Origin: Gaiellaceae bacterium
GTDB lineage: Bacteria; Actinomycetota; Thermoleophilia; Gaiellales; Gaiellaceae
Direction: 5' to 3'
Length of the DNA stretch: 59,522 bases
Assembly (NCBI GenBank): GCA_041557575.1
Contig: JBFFGH010000001.1
Coordinates: forward strand, 1 to 59,522
Of the stretch, positions 47,896 to 58,236 are shown one piece after another. Both the position numbers and the translations under genes were made by a program. Every line of letters starts with the position of its first letter. Within the stretch, counting starts at the first letter, position 1. The notes under the pieces are model-generated. The model saw only the letters and a program-made list of their open reading frames with translations, had not been told where the DNA came from and searched no databases.

Positions 47896-49188
47896 CTAGT
47901 GGCCGAAGGTGGGGAACGCCTGGAGCCCCGGGTACAGCGGGAAGCGGCCGAGCAGAGCGGCGCTCCTGGCAGCGAGCGCTTCGATGTCCGCGTCGGCGGC
48001 GAGCGCTTCGCAGATGATGCGCCCGACCTCGCGGAACTCCTCCACTCCGAGCCCGCGCATCGTCATCGCGGGCGTTCCCAGGCGGAAGCCCGAGGAGATG
48101 GTGGCCGGGCGTTCGTCGAACGGCACGGTGTTCCGGTTGACGGTGACGGCGACCTTCGCGAGCCTCTCCTCCGCCTCCTTGCCGGTCCAGTCCGTCCGGC
48201 GGAGGTCGACGAGGACGAGGTGCGTGTCCGTGCCGCCGGTGAGCACGTCGACCCCGCCCTCCTGAAGAGCCGCAGCGAGCGCGTCCGCGTTCGCCCGGAC
48301 GCTCTCCTGGTACCTGCGGAAGGGCTCCGAGGCGGCGATCCGGAAGCACGCCGCCTTGGCCGCGATGGCGTGATTGAGCGGCCCGCCCTGCATCCCCGGG
48401 AAGACGGCCTTGTCGAGAGCCTGGGCGTGCTCTTCCCGGCAGAGGACGAAGGCCGAGCGAGGGCCGGCAAGCGTCTTGTGCGTCGTCGAGGTCACGAAGT
48501 CGCAGTGCTCGACGGGGTTCGGGTGGATCCCTGCGGCCACGAGCCCGGCGAAGTGCGCCATGTCGCAGAGCAGGAGCGCATCCACCTCGTCCGCGATCTC
48601 GCGGAAGCGCCACGTCTCCACGGTCCGCGGGTACGCGGAGGCGCCGCAGACGATCAGCTTCGGGTGGTGCTCCTTCGCGAGGGCGAGGATCTGGTCGTAG
48701 TCGACGAGGTTCGTGTCGCGAGACACCCCGTAGTGCACGACGTGGTAGAGGCGCCCGGAGAAGTTGACCCGGTGGCCGTGGGTGAGGTGCCCTCCGTGCG
48801 TGAGCTCGAGCGCGAGGATCGTGTCACCGGGATCGAGCGTCGCGAAGTACACGGCCATGTTCGCCTGCGCCCCCGCGTGCGGCTGCACGTTCGCGTGATC
48901 CGCCCCGAACAGCGCCTTCGCGCGCTCGATCGCAAGCGTCTCGATCTCGTCGATCACGTCGCAGCCGCCGTAGTAGCGGCGGCCCGGGTAGCCCTCCGAG
49001 TACTTGTTCGTGGCAACGCTGCCCACGGCCTCCAGCAGGGACGGCCACGTGAAGTTCTCGGACGCGATGAGCTCGATCTCGTCGCGCTGGCGCTCGAGCT
49101 CGCGGCCGAGGAGCGACGCAACCTCCGGATCGATCTCCGCGAGGCCCGCGGTCCGGAGGTGCTCGAGCGTCAACGGCACGGTCGCCAT
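47896..49188 (-). CDS. glyA: serine hydroxymethyltransferase
   Basis: 430 aa. Motifs [15 protein letters not shown] and [10 protein letters not shown]. Confidence 0.95.
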   Translation of the reverse strand: MATVPLTLEHLRTAGLAEIDPEVASLLGRELERQRDEIELIASENFTWPSLLEAVGSVATNKYSEGYPGRRYYGGCDVIDEIETLAIERAKALFGADHANVQPHAGAQANMAVYFATLDPGDTILALELTHGGHLTHGHRVNFSGRLYHVVHYGVSRDTNLVDYDQILALAKEHHPKLIVCGASAYPRTVETWRFREIADEVDALLLCDMAHFAGLVAAGIHPNPVEHCDFVTSTTHKTLAGPRSAFVLCREEHAQALDKAVFPGMQGGPLNHAIAAKAACFRIAASEPFRRYQESVRANADALAAALQEGGVDVLTGGTDTHLVLVDLRRTDWTGKEAEERLAKVAVTVNRNTVPFDERPATISSGFRLGTPAMTMRGLGVEEFREVGRIICEALAADADIEALAARSAALLGRFPLYPGLQAFPTFGH

Positions 49189-49199
49189 CGGCGCGGATG

Positions 49200-49808
49200 C
49201 TACTCCCCGGGCGCCGCCCGTACGCGGTCGAGGGCTTCCGCTGCGCTCACCGCACCCTCTCGAAGCACGCGGGGCGCGGGGCCGGTCAGGTCGATGACGG
49301 TCGAGGGCGAGCCGAGAAGCTCGCCGCCGTCGATCGCCGCCGTGACTCCGGACATGATCTCGGGCGGGACGTCCTCGAGCCTGCGCGGATCCGCTCCCCC
49401 GTGGAGGTTCGCGCTCGTGGCGGCGACCGCGCCTGCGCGCTCGAGGAAGTCACGCGCGACCCCGTCGACCGCCGGGACGCGCACGCCGAGCGTCTTGTGG
49501 CTTGCGCCGGCGAGCCACGCGAACCGGCAGGCCGGGTTCGGGAGGACGAGCGTGAACGGACCGGGGAGCAGCGCGCGCGCCGCTGTGGCCGCGCTCCCGC
49601 GGAGCTCCGGTACGCACTCGAGGAGCCAGTCGACGCTTGCCGCCACGAGCGCGATCGGCTGATCGGGCGACCGCCCCTTCAGCTCGGACAGGGCCCGCAC
49701 GGGCGGCTCGCGGTACGGCGTGCAGGCGAGGCCGTACACGGTGTCCGTCGGGATGACCACGAGCTCGCCCGAACGGATCGCCTGGAGCGCTCGTTCGACC
49801 GCGCTCAC
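49200..49808 (-). CDS. tsaC: L-threonylcarbamoyladenylate synthase (YrdC/TsaC, short form)
   Basis: 202 aa. Motifs PTDTVYGLA and ATSANLHG. Confidence 0.85.
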   Translation of the reverse strand: MSAVERALQAIRSGELVVIPTDTVYGLACTPYREPPVRALSELKGRSPDQPIALVAASVDWLLECVPELRGSAATAARALLPGPFTLVLPNPACRFAWLAGASHKTLGVRVPAVDGVARDFLERAGAVAATSANLHGGADPRRLEDVPPEIMSGVTAAIDGGELLGSPSTVIDLTGPAPRVLREGAVSAAEALDRVRAAPGE

Positions 49809-50641
49809 TGCGCTCCCTCGAGGACGCCCTCGACGACCCGCTCGCGGCCGGCGAGGTCGGCGGTGACCCTCACGGCGCCGAAGCCCAGCCCTTCGAGGAG
49901 GGCCGAGACGCGACCGGCAGCGCCCTCCGCGACCTCGAGGACGAGCGCGCCTCCCGGACGGAGCACGTCCGGGGACGCGCGCACGATCGACTCCGTCGCC
50001 CCCTCCCCCACGAGGGCCGCGCGAGGCTCCCAGTCGCGCACCTCCGGCTCGAGGCGCTCGATCTCGTCAGGGCGAACGTACGGCGGGTTCGAGACGACGA
50101 GATCCCACGGGCCCGGCGGAAGCCCGTGGAAGAGATCCCACTCCCGCAGCTCGACGTCGATGCCGGTGCTCGCCGCGTTCGCGCGAGCGACGTCGAGCGC
50201 GCCCGTCGAGCGGTCGACGCCGGTCACCCTGGAGCCGGGATGCTCGTCGGCGATCGAGAGCGCGATCGCGCCGCTTCCCGTTCCGACGTCGAGCACTCGA
50301 GGCTCGCCGAGGTCGGAGACGAGCGCGAGGCAGCGCTCGACGACCACCTCCGTCTCCGGGCGCGGGACGAGCACGCGTCCGTCGACCGCCAGCGTGAGCC
50401 GGCGGAAGCCCCACTCCCCGAGCACGTACGCGAGCGGCTCGCGCCGCTCACGGCGCCGAAGGAGCGCCTCGAGCTCGGCCGCCCCCTCGTCGTCGAGGTC
50501 GCGGTCGAGAGTCGCGCGCAGCTCCGAGCGCTTCAGGCCGAGCACGTGCGCGAGGAGGATCTCGGCGTCCACGTCCGCGCTCTCGCACCCGGCTGCGGCG
50601 AGACGGTCGGCGCTGCCGGCCAACGCTTGCCTGCGCGTCAC
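49805..50641 (-). CDS. prmC: release-factor glutamine N5-methyltransferase
   Basis: 278 aa. Motifs [12 protein letters not shown] and SNPPYV. GTGA overlap with prfA. Confidence 0.9.
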   Translation of the reverse strand: MTRRQALAGSADRLAAAGCESADVDAEILLAHVLGLKRSELRATLDRDLDDEGAAELEALLRRRERREPLAYVLGEWGFRRLTLAVDGRVLVPRPETEVVVERCLALVSDLGEPRVLDVGTGSGAIALSIADEHPGSRVTGVDRSTGALDVARANAASTGIDVELREWDLFHGLPPGPWDLVVSNPPYVRPDEIERLEPEVRDWEPRAALVGEGATESIVRASPDVLRPGGALVLEVAEGAAGRVSALLEGLGFGAVRVTADLAGRERVVEGVLEGAQ

Positions 50642-51687
50642 GCCGACGCGGCCGCGAGCGCCTGCCGCTGCTCCTCTGCGCGGAGCGCCTGCGTGAACTC
50701 GCCGAGCTCGCCCTCGAGCACCTGGTCGAGACGGTGCACGGTGAGCTTGATCCGGTGATCCGTCACGCGGCTCTCCGGGAAGTTGTAGGTCCGGATCTTC
50801 TCCGCCCGCTCACCGGTGCCGATCTGCGACCTGCGTGCCTCCGCGACCTCGGCGAGCTGCTTCTCGCGCTCCGCCTCGTAGAGCCGCGCGCGCAGCACGC
50901 GAAGCGCTTTCTGCTTGTTCTGGAGCTGCGACTTCTCGTCCTGCATCGCGACGACGATCCCGGACGGGAGGTGCGTGACCCGGACCGCGGAGTCGGTCGT
51001 GTTCACGCTCTGCCCACCGGGGCCGGTCGAGCGCATGACGTCGATCTTGAGGTCCTTCTCCTCGATCGCGACCTCGACCTCGTCGACCTCGGGCATGACG
51101 GCAACCGTCGCGGTCGAGGTATGGATCCGTCCCTGGGACTCCGTCTCGGGGACGCGCTGGACGCGGTGCGTGCCCCCCTCGTACTTGAAGACCGAGAAGG
51201 CACCCTGGCCCTTCACGGCGAGCACGACGTCCTTCAGTCCACCCGCCTCGCTCTCGCTCGTGGAGAGGGTCTCGGTGCGGAAGCCGAGCCGCTCCGCATA
51301 GCGGGTGAGCATCCGGAACACGTCGCTCGCCCAGAGCGCCGCCTCGCTGCCGCCGACGCCCTGCCGGAGCTCGACGATCACGTCCTTCTCGTCCGCAGGG
51401 TCGCGCTCGACGAGCGCGAGCCTGAGCTCCTCCTCGAGCCGCTCGACCTCGTCCTCGAGCTCCGCGGCCATCGAGGCGAGCTCCGGATCGCTCTGCGCGT
51501 CCTCGAGATCGGCGCGGGCCTGCCGCCACTCGTCGGCGAGCCGCTTCGGCGTCTCGAGCTCCTTGAGCCGGCGCCCCGCGTCCGCGGCTTGCCGGCGGTC
51601 GTTGTAGACCGCGGGGTCGGCCATTCGCTCCTGCGCGTCGGCGTAGGAGCGCTCGAGCTCGTCGACGAGGCGATCGATTCCTTCCAT
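50638..51687 (-). CDS. prfA: peptide chain release factor 1
   Basis: GGQ motif (GPGGQSVN). Start moved to ATG 51687, which lies 7 nt after the -10-like box. Confidence 0.95.
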   Translation of the reverse strand: MEGIDRLVDELERSYADAQERMADPAVYNDRRQAADAGRRLKELETPKRLADEWRQARADLEDAQSDPELASMAAELEDEVERLEEELRLALVERDPADEKDVIVELRQGVGGSEAALWASDVFRMLTRYAERLGFRTETLSTSESEAGGLKDVVLAVKGQGAFSVFKYEGGTHRVQRVPETESQGRIHTSTATVAVMPEVDEVEVAIEEKDLKIDVMRSTGPGGQSVNTTDSAVRVTHLPSGIVVAMQDEKSQLQNKQKALRVLRARLYEAEREKQLAEVAEARRSQIGTGERAEKIRTYNFPESRVTDHRIKLTVHRLDQVLEGELGEFTQALRAEEQRQALAAASA

Positions 51688-51694
51688 CACGTCG

Positions 51695-51700
51695 ATCGTA
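51695..51700 (-). promoter_or_regulatory. -10-like box TACGAT, 7 nt before ATG 51687; leaderless candidate
   Basis: TAnnnT hexamer with G at -14. GC palindromes (51701-51720) follow the upstream osmC gene. Confidence 0.4.
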
Positions 51701-51723
51701 GCCGGGCGCCCGGCCCGGGCCGG

Positions 51724-52152
51724 CTACGCGAGAGCCGCGTCGAGCGTGATCTCGGGCACCGCGGCGAGCGCCTTCGAGACGGGGCAGTTCTCCTTCGCCG
51801 TAAGCGCTTCCTCGGCGAAGCCAGGGGCATCGAGGCCCGGCACGGTGCCCCGCACGATGAGAGCGACCTTCGTGATCCCCTTGCCGGGGACGAAGGTGAC
51901 GGTCGCGGACGTCTCGAGCCGGTCGGCAGGTGTGCCCGCCTTCGCGAGCCCGTTGGAGAGGGACATCGAGAAGCACGAGGCGTGCGCCGCGGCGATGAGC
52001 TCCTCCGGGCTCGTGCGACCGTTCGGGTCCTCTGCGCGCGAGGCCCACGTCACGTCGAGCGGCCCGAACGCGCCGCTGCCGACGCTCTCGATCGTTCCCT
52101 CGCCCTCGAACAGCGTGCCTCGCCAGGTGACGTGTGCGGTGCGGTCTGCCAT
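51724..52152 (-). CDS. osmC: OsmC-family peroxiredoxin
   Basis: ORF trimmed to ATG 52152. Both catalytic Cys are present (AAHASCF and KENCPVS). Confidence 0.85.
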   Translation of the reverse strand: MADRTAHVTWRGTLFEGEGTIESVGSGAFGPLDVTWASRAEDPNGRTSPEELIAAAHASCFSMSLSNGLAKAGTPADRLETSATVTFVPGKGITKVALIVRGTVPGLDAPGFAEEALTAKENCPVSKALAAVPEITLDAALA

Positions 52153-52604
52153 CACTCTCCCTCCTCGAGCGTCGCTTCGATCGTCACGGTGGCGCTCCCC
52201 TTGATGAGCGCGGAGAACGGACACCCCGCGTCGGCCTCCTCGGCCGCCTGGGCAAAGGATGCCGCGTCGGCACCCGGAGCGACGCCGCGTGCGCTGATCG
52301 CCGAGGCGACGATGCGGTGCCCGATGCCGGCGACCTCGTCCATCGTGATCGTGCAGTGGACGTCGAGACGCTCGGGCGGCGTCCCGGCGCGGGCGAGCTC
52401 GTTCCCCAGCGAGGTGACGAAGCAGGTCGCATGGGCGGCGGCGAGCAGCTCCTCCGGGCTCGTCTTCCCCCCGGGCTCTGCGATCCGTGACGCGAGCGTG
52501 ACCGGGAGCTCGAACGCGCCCGAGCTCGCCGCGCTCGCGACCCCCGACCCGCGCGAGACCGTGCCGCGCCAGGCCACGTCCGCCTCTCTGACGATCCTCG
52601 GCAT
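52152..52604 (-). CDS. osmC: OsmC-family peroxiredoxin (tandem paralog)
   Basis: 150 aa. Cys motifs AAHATCF and DAGCPFS. SD GGAGAGG. Its stop overlaps the next start (TGATG). Confidence 0.85.
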   Translation of the reverse strand: MPRIVREADVAWRGTVSRGSGVASAASSGAFELPVTLASRIAEPGGKTSPEELLAAAHATCFVTSLGNELARAGTPPERLDVHCTITMDEVAGIGHRIVASAISARGVAPGADAASFAQAAEEADAGCPFSALIKGSATVTIEATLEEGE

Positions 52605-52613
52605 CGCCTCTCC

Positions 52614-53540
52614 TCAGGCCATCACTTCGACACGGGACTCGAGTCGCCGCTGCTCCGGGGTCTCGGCGGCCTCGCGCTCGATCACCGTCCGGAGCGCGCA
52701 GATGGACACCTCCACCTGGTCGAGCGACGGCTCGCGTGTCGTCAGGCGCTGGAGCCAGAGCCCCGGCGCGAGCAGCCACATGAGGATGCGGTTGTCCCTG
52801 TGCTTGCCGGCGTAGCGGATGAGCTCGTAGGCCAGACCCGCGATCACGGGCAGGAGCAGGATCCGGCTCAGGATCAGCCAGTACCAGACCGGTCGCCCGA
52901 CGAACGCGAAGACGAAGATCGCGATCACCATCACCCAGAGCAAAAACGCGGTTCCGCAACGAGGGTGAATCAAGCTGAACTTCTGCACGTTCTCGGGCGT
53001 GAGCTCGGCGTTCGCCTCGAGGGCGTTGATCGCCTTGTGCTCGGCTCCGTGGTACTGGAAGACGCGCCGGAGGTCCGGGAGCAGGGAGATCAAGAGGATG
53101 TAGCCGATGAAGACGCTGACGCGGATGGCGCCTTCCACGACGACGAAGAGGCTGGTGGACTCGATCGGGAGCCAGTTCGTGAGGAGCGCCGGGCCGACCT
53201 TGAACAGCATGAGCGCGAAGCCGATCGCGAGGGCGAACGAGAAGATGATCTGGCCCCGGCCGATCTGCGTCTGGATCTCCCCGTGCTCGTCGCGCTCCTG
53301 CGAGGCGACGTTCGCCGAGATCGCGAGCGCACGGAATCCGATCGCGAGCGACTCACCGAGCGCGACGACACCCCGCACGACCGGGAGCCGCCAGATCTTC
53401 CGCCGCTGCATGGGCGACGTGATCTCCTTGACGACCTCGGTGATGTCGCCCTCGGGAGTGCGAACCGCAACGGCCCAGCTCGAGGGGCTTCGCATCATGA
53501 CGCCCTCGAGGACGGCCTGTCCGCCGTAGTTGACGGCCAT
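52614..53540 (-). CDS. DUF1385 membrane protein (PrmC-associated family)
   Basis: ORF trimmed to ATG 53540. Motifs GGQAVLEGVMMR and YHGAEHK. Confidence 0.85.
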   Translation of the reverse strand: MAVNYGGQAVLEGVMMRSPSSWAVAVRTPEGDITEVVKEITSPMQRRKIWRLPVVRGVVALGESLAIGFRALAISANVASQERDEHGEIQTQIGRGQIIFSFALAIGFALMLFKVGPALLTNWLPIESTSLFVVVEGAIRVSVFIGYILLISLLPDLRRVFQYHGAEHKAINALEANAELTPENVQKFSLIHPRCGTAFLLWVMVIAIFVFAFVGRPVWYWLILSRILLLPVIAGLAYELIRYAGKHRDNRILMWLLAPGLWLQRLTTREPSLDQVEVSICALRTVIEREAAETPEQRRLESRVEVMA

Positions 53541-53545
53541 GTGGA

Positions 53546-53761
53546 CTAGGAGCGGCGGGCGTCGGCCTTCTCGAGCCGGCGCTGGAAGCGCTCCACCCGA
53601 CCGCCCGTGTCGACGAGCTTCTGCTTCCCCGTGTAGAACGGGTGACATTCGGCGCAGATCTCGACGTGGAGCTCGGGCTTGGTCGAGCGTGTCCAGAACT
53701 CGTTGCCGCACGAGCACGTCACGTGCGCGAAGACGTAGTCGGGATGGATGTCGGCCTTCAT
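53546..53761 (-). CDS. rpmE: 50S ribosomal protein L31 (Zn-ribbon type)
   Basis: 71 aa. MKADIHPDY, with CSC..CAEC cysteines. Its ATG overlaps the upstream TGA stop (ATGA). Confidence 0.95.
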   Translation of the reverse strand: MKADIHPDYVFAHVTCSCGNEFWTRSTKPELHVEICAECHPFYTGKQKLVDTGGRVERFQRRLEKADARRS

Positions 53762-54705
53762 GAGCCGGCCAGGATACCAGCGGCGGTCCGAGCGGCGACG
53801 TTCCCGCCGGAGACGACGCAGACCACGCGGCCCGCTCGCTCCAGATTCACCTTGCCGGCGAGCACAGCCGCGACCGCCGCGGCGCCGGCCGGCTCGCACG
53901 CGAGCTTCGCGCGCTCGTAGAGGAAGCGGAACCCGCGGGCGATCTCCTCCTCGGTGACGAGCACCACCTCGCACGCGTGCGCGCGAAGGATGTCGACCGG
54001 GATCCGCCCGGCGTACGGAGCGTTGAGCCCGTCGGCGATCGACGTCGGGGTGACGTCGACCGGCGCGCCCGCGGCGAGCGCCGAGTGCATCGCGGTCGAG
54101 AGCTCGGGCTCGACGCCGACGACGCGAGCGCGCCCCGAGACGGCCGTGGTGATCCCGGAGATGAGCCCACCGCCCCCGACGGGGACGACGATCGTCTCGA
54201 CCCCGGGAACGTCCTCGAGGATCTCGAGCCCGACGGTGCCCTGCCCGGCGATGGTCAGCGGGTCGTCGAACGGATGGACGAGCGTGCGCCCGGTCTCCTC
54301 GAGCAGGGCCGCCAGGCGCTCGAACGCCTCGGTCGGATCGCGCGCCTCGAGGTCGACCGCCGCGCCGTATCCGCGCGTCGCGGCGATCTTCGCCTCGCTC
54401 GCCCCCTGCCACATGACGACGAGCGCGTCGAGACCCTCCTCCGCGGCGCCCCAGGCGACGGCCTGGGCGTGATTCCCCGCGGAGATCGCGATGACGCCGG
54501 ACGCCTTCTCTTCGGGACCGAGCGAGGCGAGCTTGGTGAGCACGCCTCGCGGCTTGAACGACCCGGTGCGCTGGAGGAGCTCGGCCTTGAGGAACACGCT
54601 CTCGCCCAGGCTGCGGCAGGGCAGGGTGGGCGTGCGGTGGAGCCTCCCGCGGACGATGTCTGCGGCGCGCTCGACGTCTTCTCGCACGACGGGCAGCCGC
54701 TCCAT
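53758..54705 (-). CDS. PLP-dependent threonine/serine dehydratase-like enzyme without a regulatory domain
   Basis: 315 aa. PLP lysine in SFKPRGV, plus GNHAQAVA and GGGGLISG. Confidence 0.85.
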   Translation of the reverse strand: MERLPVVREDVERAADIVRGRLHRTPTLPCRSLGESVFLKAELLQRTGSFKPRGVLTKLASLGPEEKASGVIAISAGNHAQAVAWGAAEEGLDALVVMWQGASEAKIAATRGYGAAVDLEARDPTEAFERLAALLEETGRTLVHPFDDPLTIAGQGTVGLEILEDVPGVETIVVPVGGGGLISGITTAVSGRARVVGVEPELSTAMHSALAAGAPVDVTPTSIADGLNAPYAGRIPVDILRAHACEVVLVTEEEIARGFRFLYERAKLACEPAGAAAVAAVLAGKVNLERAGRVVCVVSGGNVAARTAAGILAGS

Positions 54706-54711
54706 CGAGCG

Positions 54712-54717
54712 ATCCTA
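54712..54717 (-). promoter_or_regulatory. -10-like box TAGGAT, 6 nt before ATG 54705; leaderless candidate
   Basis: TAnnnT hexamer with no SD. Confidence 0.4.
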
Positions 54718-54740
54718 GTGCGGCGGATGCGACCCGCGTC

Positions 54741-56438
54741 TCAGGTCAGCGTGTACTCGGGGCCGGATCCGCCCTCGGGCGGCGTCAGCCTGCCGCCCTT
54801 CGCGGTGATCGCCCCGCACTGCACGCAGTTCGACGGTGTGACGTCGACGGCCACCATGCCGTCGCCGAGGTCGCGCCCGACCTCGTACACCTGCGCCGGG
54901 CACATCCACTGCCACGACTCGGCCACGGGCCGGCGCACCTTCGCCGTCACGCGCAGATGGCTCGGCTGGTCGTCGCGCGTGCGGTTGCCCGAGGCGAAGA
55001 CCGACGAGAGCTTGTCGAAGACGTACTTCCCGTCCGGCGCCGGGTACGCGGATGCGCGGCCCGACTTCAAGAGCGGTGCCTCGGAGTTCGGATGCGTGGG
55101 AAGGCGCTTGCCGGGGGCCCTCCCCTTCGTCACGGTCATCATGCTCGCGAGCGCGCCGCCGACGATGAACCCCCTGTCGAACGCCTGGCGCATGTTGCGC
55201 ACCTCGTAGAGGCCCTTCCAGATCCGGCTCGCGCGCAGCGACTCGTCGTACGAGTCGAGCGCCCCGACCCGGCTCGGCACCTCGCCGCGCTGGAGCGCCC
55301 TGAAGGCGGCCTCCGCGGCCAGGCGCCCCGACTCGATCGCGTAATGGACGCCTTTCAGGCGGGGCACGTTGACGAGCCCTGCCCCCTCGCCGACGAGCAG
55401 CAGCCCCGGAGCGTTGAAGCGCGTCGGGAGCGAGTAGTAGCCGCCCTCGGTGATGGTCTTGGCGCCCCACGCGACGCGCTCCCCGCCCCCGAGGATCTTC
55501 CAGACGAGCTTGTGCGTCTTGAACTCCTGGAGCACGTCGTGCACCGAGAACTCGACGTCTCTCGCCTCGAGCCCGGCGACGAAGCCGACGGTGACGAGGT
55601 CGTCGCCCATCGGGTAGATGAACGAACCGCCGAACTCGCCGAAGCTCGCCGAGGCGCGAAGCGGCCAGCCCATCGTGTGCACGATCCGGCGGAGCGGCCT
55701 CTTGACGCGCCACACCTCCTTCACGCCGAGCGCCCAGATCTGCGGGTTCTCGCCGGTGAGGCCGAAGCGCTCGACCGCCGCCTCGGTGAGGAAGCCCTGG
55801 GTCCCCTCCGCGAGCACGGTGATCCCCGCGGTCACGTCGTTGCCCGGCTCGAAGGTCGGGAGCTGCTCGCGCTCCCTCCCCCGCCCGCGGTCGCCCGTTC
55901 GGACGCCGACCACGCGCCCGTGCTCGACGAGCAGCTTCGTGGCGGCGGTCTCGGGGAGCACGGCGACCCCCAGCGCCTCTGCCTGCTCTGCCAGGAAGCG
56001 GCCGAGCTCGGAGACCGAGAGGATGACGTTCCCGTGGTTCCGCATCGTGGGAGGCGCCGGGATGCGGAGCGCCGAACGGCGCGTCAGCATGTACACGGCC
56101 TCGCCCGGGACCTCGCCGTAGGTCGGGATGTCGGCCAGCGTCAGGCGGCCGCGGAACAGCTCCCTGAGTGGCCCCGGGTCGACGACTGCTCCGGAGAGGA
56201 GGTGCGAGCCGGGCTGCTTCCCTTTCTCGAGCACCGCGATGGGGACGTCGCCGAGCCGCTCGCGGACGTCCGGGTGCTCTTCGAGGAGCTGGCCGAGCCG
56301 GATCGCGCACGCGAGCCCGCCCGGTCCGGCGCCGACGATGACGACGCCGACGTCGATCCGCTCCTCGAGCGGATCCGTCGGCGGGCCGACGGCGTCGGTC
56401 GCTCCGAGAGAGGGACTGAAGTCGACGGGACGGGCCAC
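54741..56438 (-). CDS. electron-transfer flavoprotein:quinone oxidoreductase (FixC/FixX-like fusion)
   Basis: ORF 54741..57260 trimmed to GTG 56438 because etfA ends at 56446. FAD motif [13 protein letters not shown]-terminal Cys cluster CPAQVY..CVQCGA. Confidence 0.9.
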   Translation of the reverse strand: MARPVDFSPSLGATDAVGPPTDPLEERIDVGVVIVGAGPGGLACAIRLGQLLEEHPDVRERLGDVPIAVLEKGKQPGSHLLSGAVVDPGPLRELFRGRLTLADIPTYGEVPGEAVYMLTRRSALRIPAPPTMRNHGNVILSVSELGRFLAEQAEALGVAVLPETAATKLLVEHGRVVGVRTGDRGRGREREQLPTFEPGNDVTAGITVLAEGTQGFLTEAAVERFGLTGENPQIWALGVKEVWRVKRPLRRIVHTMGWPLRASASFGEFGGSFIYPMGDDLVTVGFVAGLEARDVEFSVHDVLQEFKTHKLVWKILGGGERVAWGAKTITEGGYYSLPTRFNAPGLLLVGEGAGLVNVPRLKGVHYAIESGRLAAEAAFRALQRGEVPSRVGALDSYDESLRASRIWKGLYEVRNMRQAFDRGFIVGGALASMMTVTKGRAPGKRLPTHPNSEAPLLKSGRASAYPAPDGKYVFDKLSSVFASGNRTRDDQPSHLRVTAKVRRPVAESWQWMCPAQVYEVGRDLGDGMVAVDVTPSNCVQCGAITAKGGRLTPPEGGSGPEYTLT

Positions 56439-56445
56439 GGAGCGA

Positions 56446-57396
56446 TCAGCCGCGGTGGGCCCGCACGAGCTCCGTGAGCTTCGGGACGACCTGGTGGACG
56501 TCGCCGACGACGCCGATGTCGGAGAAGTCGAAGATCGGCGCGTTCGGATCCTTGTTGATCGCGACGATCGTGCCCGACCCCTGCATGCCGACCTTGTGCT
56601 GGATCGCGCCCGAGATCCCGCAGGCGATGTAGAGCTTCGGCGTGATGGTCTTCCCCGTCTGCCCGACCTGCGTCGCGTACGGGTACCACCCCGCGTCGAC
56701 GACCGCGCGCGTCGTCGCGACCGCGCCGCCGAGCGCATCCGCGAGCCCCTCGAGGAGCGCGAAGGCCTCCGGCGAGCCGAGGCCGCGGCCTCCCGCGACG
56801 ATGATCTCCGCGTCTTCGATGGACGGCCCGGTCGCCTCCTCCTGGGTCTGCTCGACGAGCACCGCGAGCGTGGAGAAGTCCGAGAACGAGACGTCGAAGC
56901 TCTCGACCTCGGCCGTTCCGCCCGACTCGACGGGCTCGAACGCGCCCGAGCGGATGATCCCGATGCGCGGCGACCCCTTCCACCCGACGTCGACGAGGAC
57001 GGTGTCCCCGAGCGCCGGCCGCTTCCCGACGAGCTCGCCGTCGGCGAGCGAGAGGTCTGCGAGATCCCAGTTGAGGCCTGCGTCGAGGCGTGCCGCGAGC
57101 CCGGCAGCGACGTCGGCGCCGAGCACCGAGGCCGCGAAGAGAACGGTGTCCGCGCCGGTCTGCGCGACGAGGCTCGCCAGCGCGTCGACGCGGGGCTGCG
57201 GGAGCGGCGAGGCGAGCGCCTCGTCCTCGCAGGCGTACACCTTGGCTGCGCCGAACGCACCGGCGCGCCCGGCGGTCTCCGACGCGCCCGGCCCGAGGAC
57301 GACGCCGATCGCCTCGCCGAGCGAGGCCGCCTTCGAGAGAGCCCCGAGCCCGCCCTTCTGCAGCTCGCCGTCGTGGTGCTCGAGGAAGACGAGCAT
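56446..57396 (-). CDS. etfA: electron transfer flavoprotein alpha subunit
   Basis: ORF trimmed to ATG 57396. Motif [13 protein letters not shown]. Confidence 0.9.
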   Translation of the reverse strand: MLVFLEHHDGELQKGGLGALSKAASLGEAIGVVLGPGASETAGRAGAFGAAKVYACEDEALASPLPQPRVDALASLVAQTGADTVLFAASVLGADVAAGLAARLDAGLNWDLADLSLADGELVGKRPALGDTVLVDVGWKGSPRIGIIRSGAFEPVESGGTAEVESFDVSFSDFSTLAVLVEQTQEEATGPSIEDAEIIVAGGRGLGSPEAFALLEGLADALGGAVATTRAVVDAGWYPYATQVGQTGKTITPKLYIACGISGAIQHKVGMQGSGTIVAINKDPNAPIFDFSDIGVVGDVHQVVPKLTELVRAHRG

Positions 57397-57398
57397 CG

Positions 57399-58175
57399 TC
57401 ACAGGAGCTTCCTCTCGACCACGAGGTCGAAGACCTTCTGCGCCGCCGAGCCGTCGTCCTCGAACTTGACCTGGCCGCCACGCGAAGGCGGGGGGCCCAG
57501 GTCGAGGACGACCGTGCCCGAGCCTGCTTCGCCGACAGCCCCGGCGTCGACCCCGACGTCCGCGAGCGACAGCACCTCCTGCGGCTTCGACTTGGCGCCC
57601 ATGATCCCCTTGAGGGACGGGTAGCGCGGCTCGTTGATGGCATCGGACACGGCGACGACCGCGGGCAGCGGCGCGGAGATCAGGTCGTAGCCGTACTCGG
57701 TCTGGCGCTTGCCGGTGACCGAGGAGCCGTCCAGCGTGAGCGTCGCCACCTGCGAGATGAGCGGCCGCCGCAGGCGGTCTGCGACCGACGCCCACAGCAC
57801 CGCGCCGTCACCGTCGCTCGACGCCTGTCCGAAGAGCACGAGGTCGGGTGACTCGCGCTCGAGCGCGGCGGCGAGCGCCCGCGTCGTGCCGAGGAGGTCT
57901 GAGCCCGCTGCAGCCTCGTCGGCGACGAGAACCGCGCGGTCGGCTCCCATCGCGAGCGCCTTCCGCAGCGACTCGACGGCCTTCTCGGGGCCGAGCGAGA
58001 CGAGGACCACCTCTCCCCCCTGCGCCTCCTTGATCCGCAGAGCCTCCTCGACAGCGTTCAGGTCGGTGGCGTTGAGCGCCACCTCGCCGGAGCGGTCGAG
58101 CCGCTTCGTCGCCGGGTCGATCCGCTTCGCGACGGTCGCGTCGGGCACCTGCTTGACGCACACGGCGATCTTCAT
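57399..58175 (-). CDS. etfB: electron transfer flavoprotein beta subunit
   Basis: 258 aa. N-terminus MKIAVCVKQVPD. Confidence 0.9.
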   Translation of the reverse strand: MKIAVCVKQVPDATVAKRIDPATKRLDRSGEVALNATDLNAVEEALRIKEAQGGEVVLVSLGPEKAVESLRKALAMGADRAVLVADEAAAGSDLLGTTRALAAALERESPDLVLFGQASSDGDGAVLWASVADRLRRPLISQVATLTLDGSSVTGKRQTEYGYDLISAPLPAVVAVSDAINEPRYPSLKGIMGAKSKPQEVLSLADVGVDAGAVGEAGSGTVVLDLGPPPSRGGQVKFEDDGSAAQKVFDLVVERKLL

Positions 58176-58183
58176 CGGCAGTG

Positions 58184-58189
58184 ACTCTA
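58184..58189 (-). promoter_or_regulatory. -10-like box TAGAGT (inside CGATAGAGTC), 8 nt before ATG 58175; leaderless candidate
   Basis: TAnnnT hexamer with no SD. Confidence 0.45.
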
Positions 58190-58236
58190 TCGCCGCGCGC
58201 GTAGGAGACCGGGGTGAAGCGTCCGATACTTCGGAC

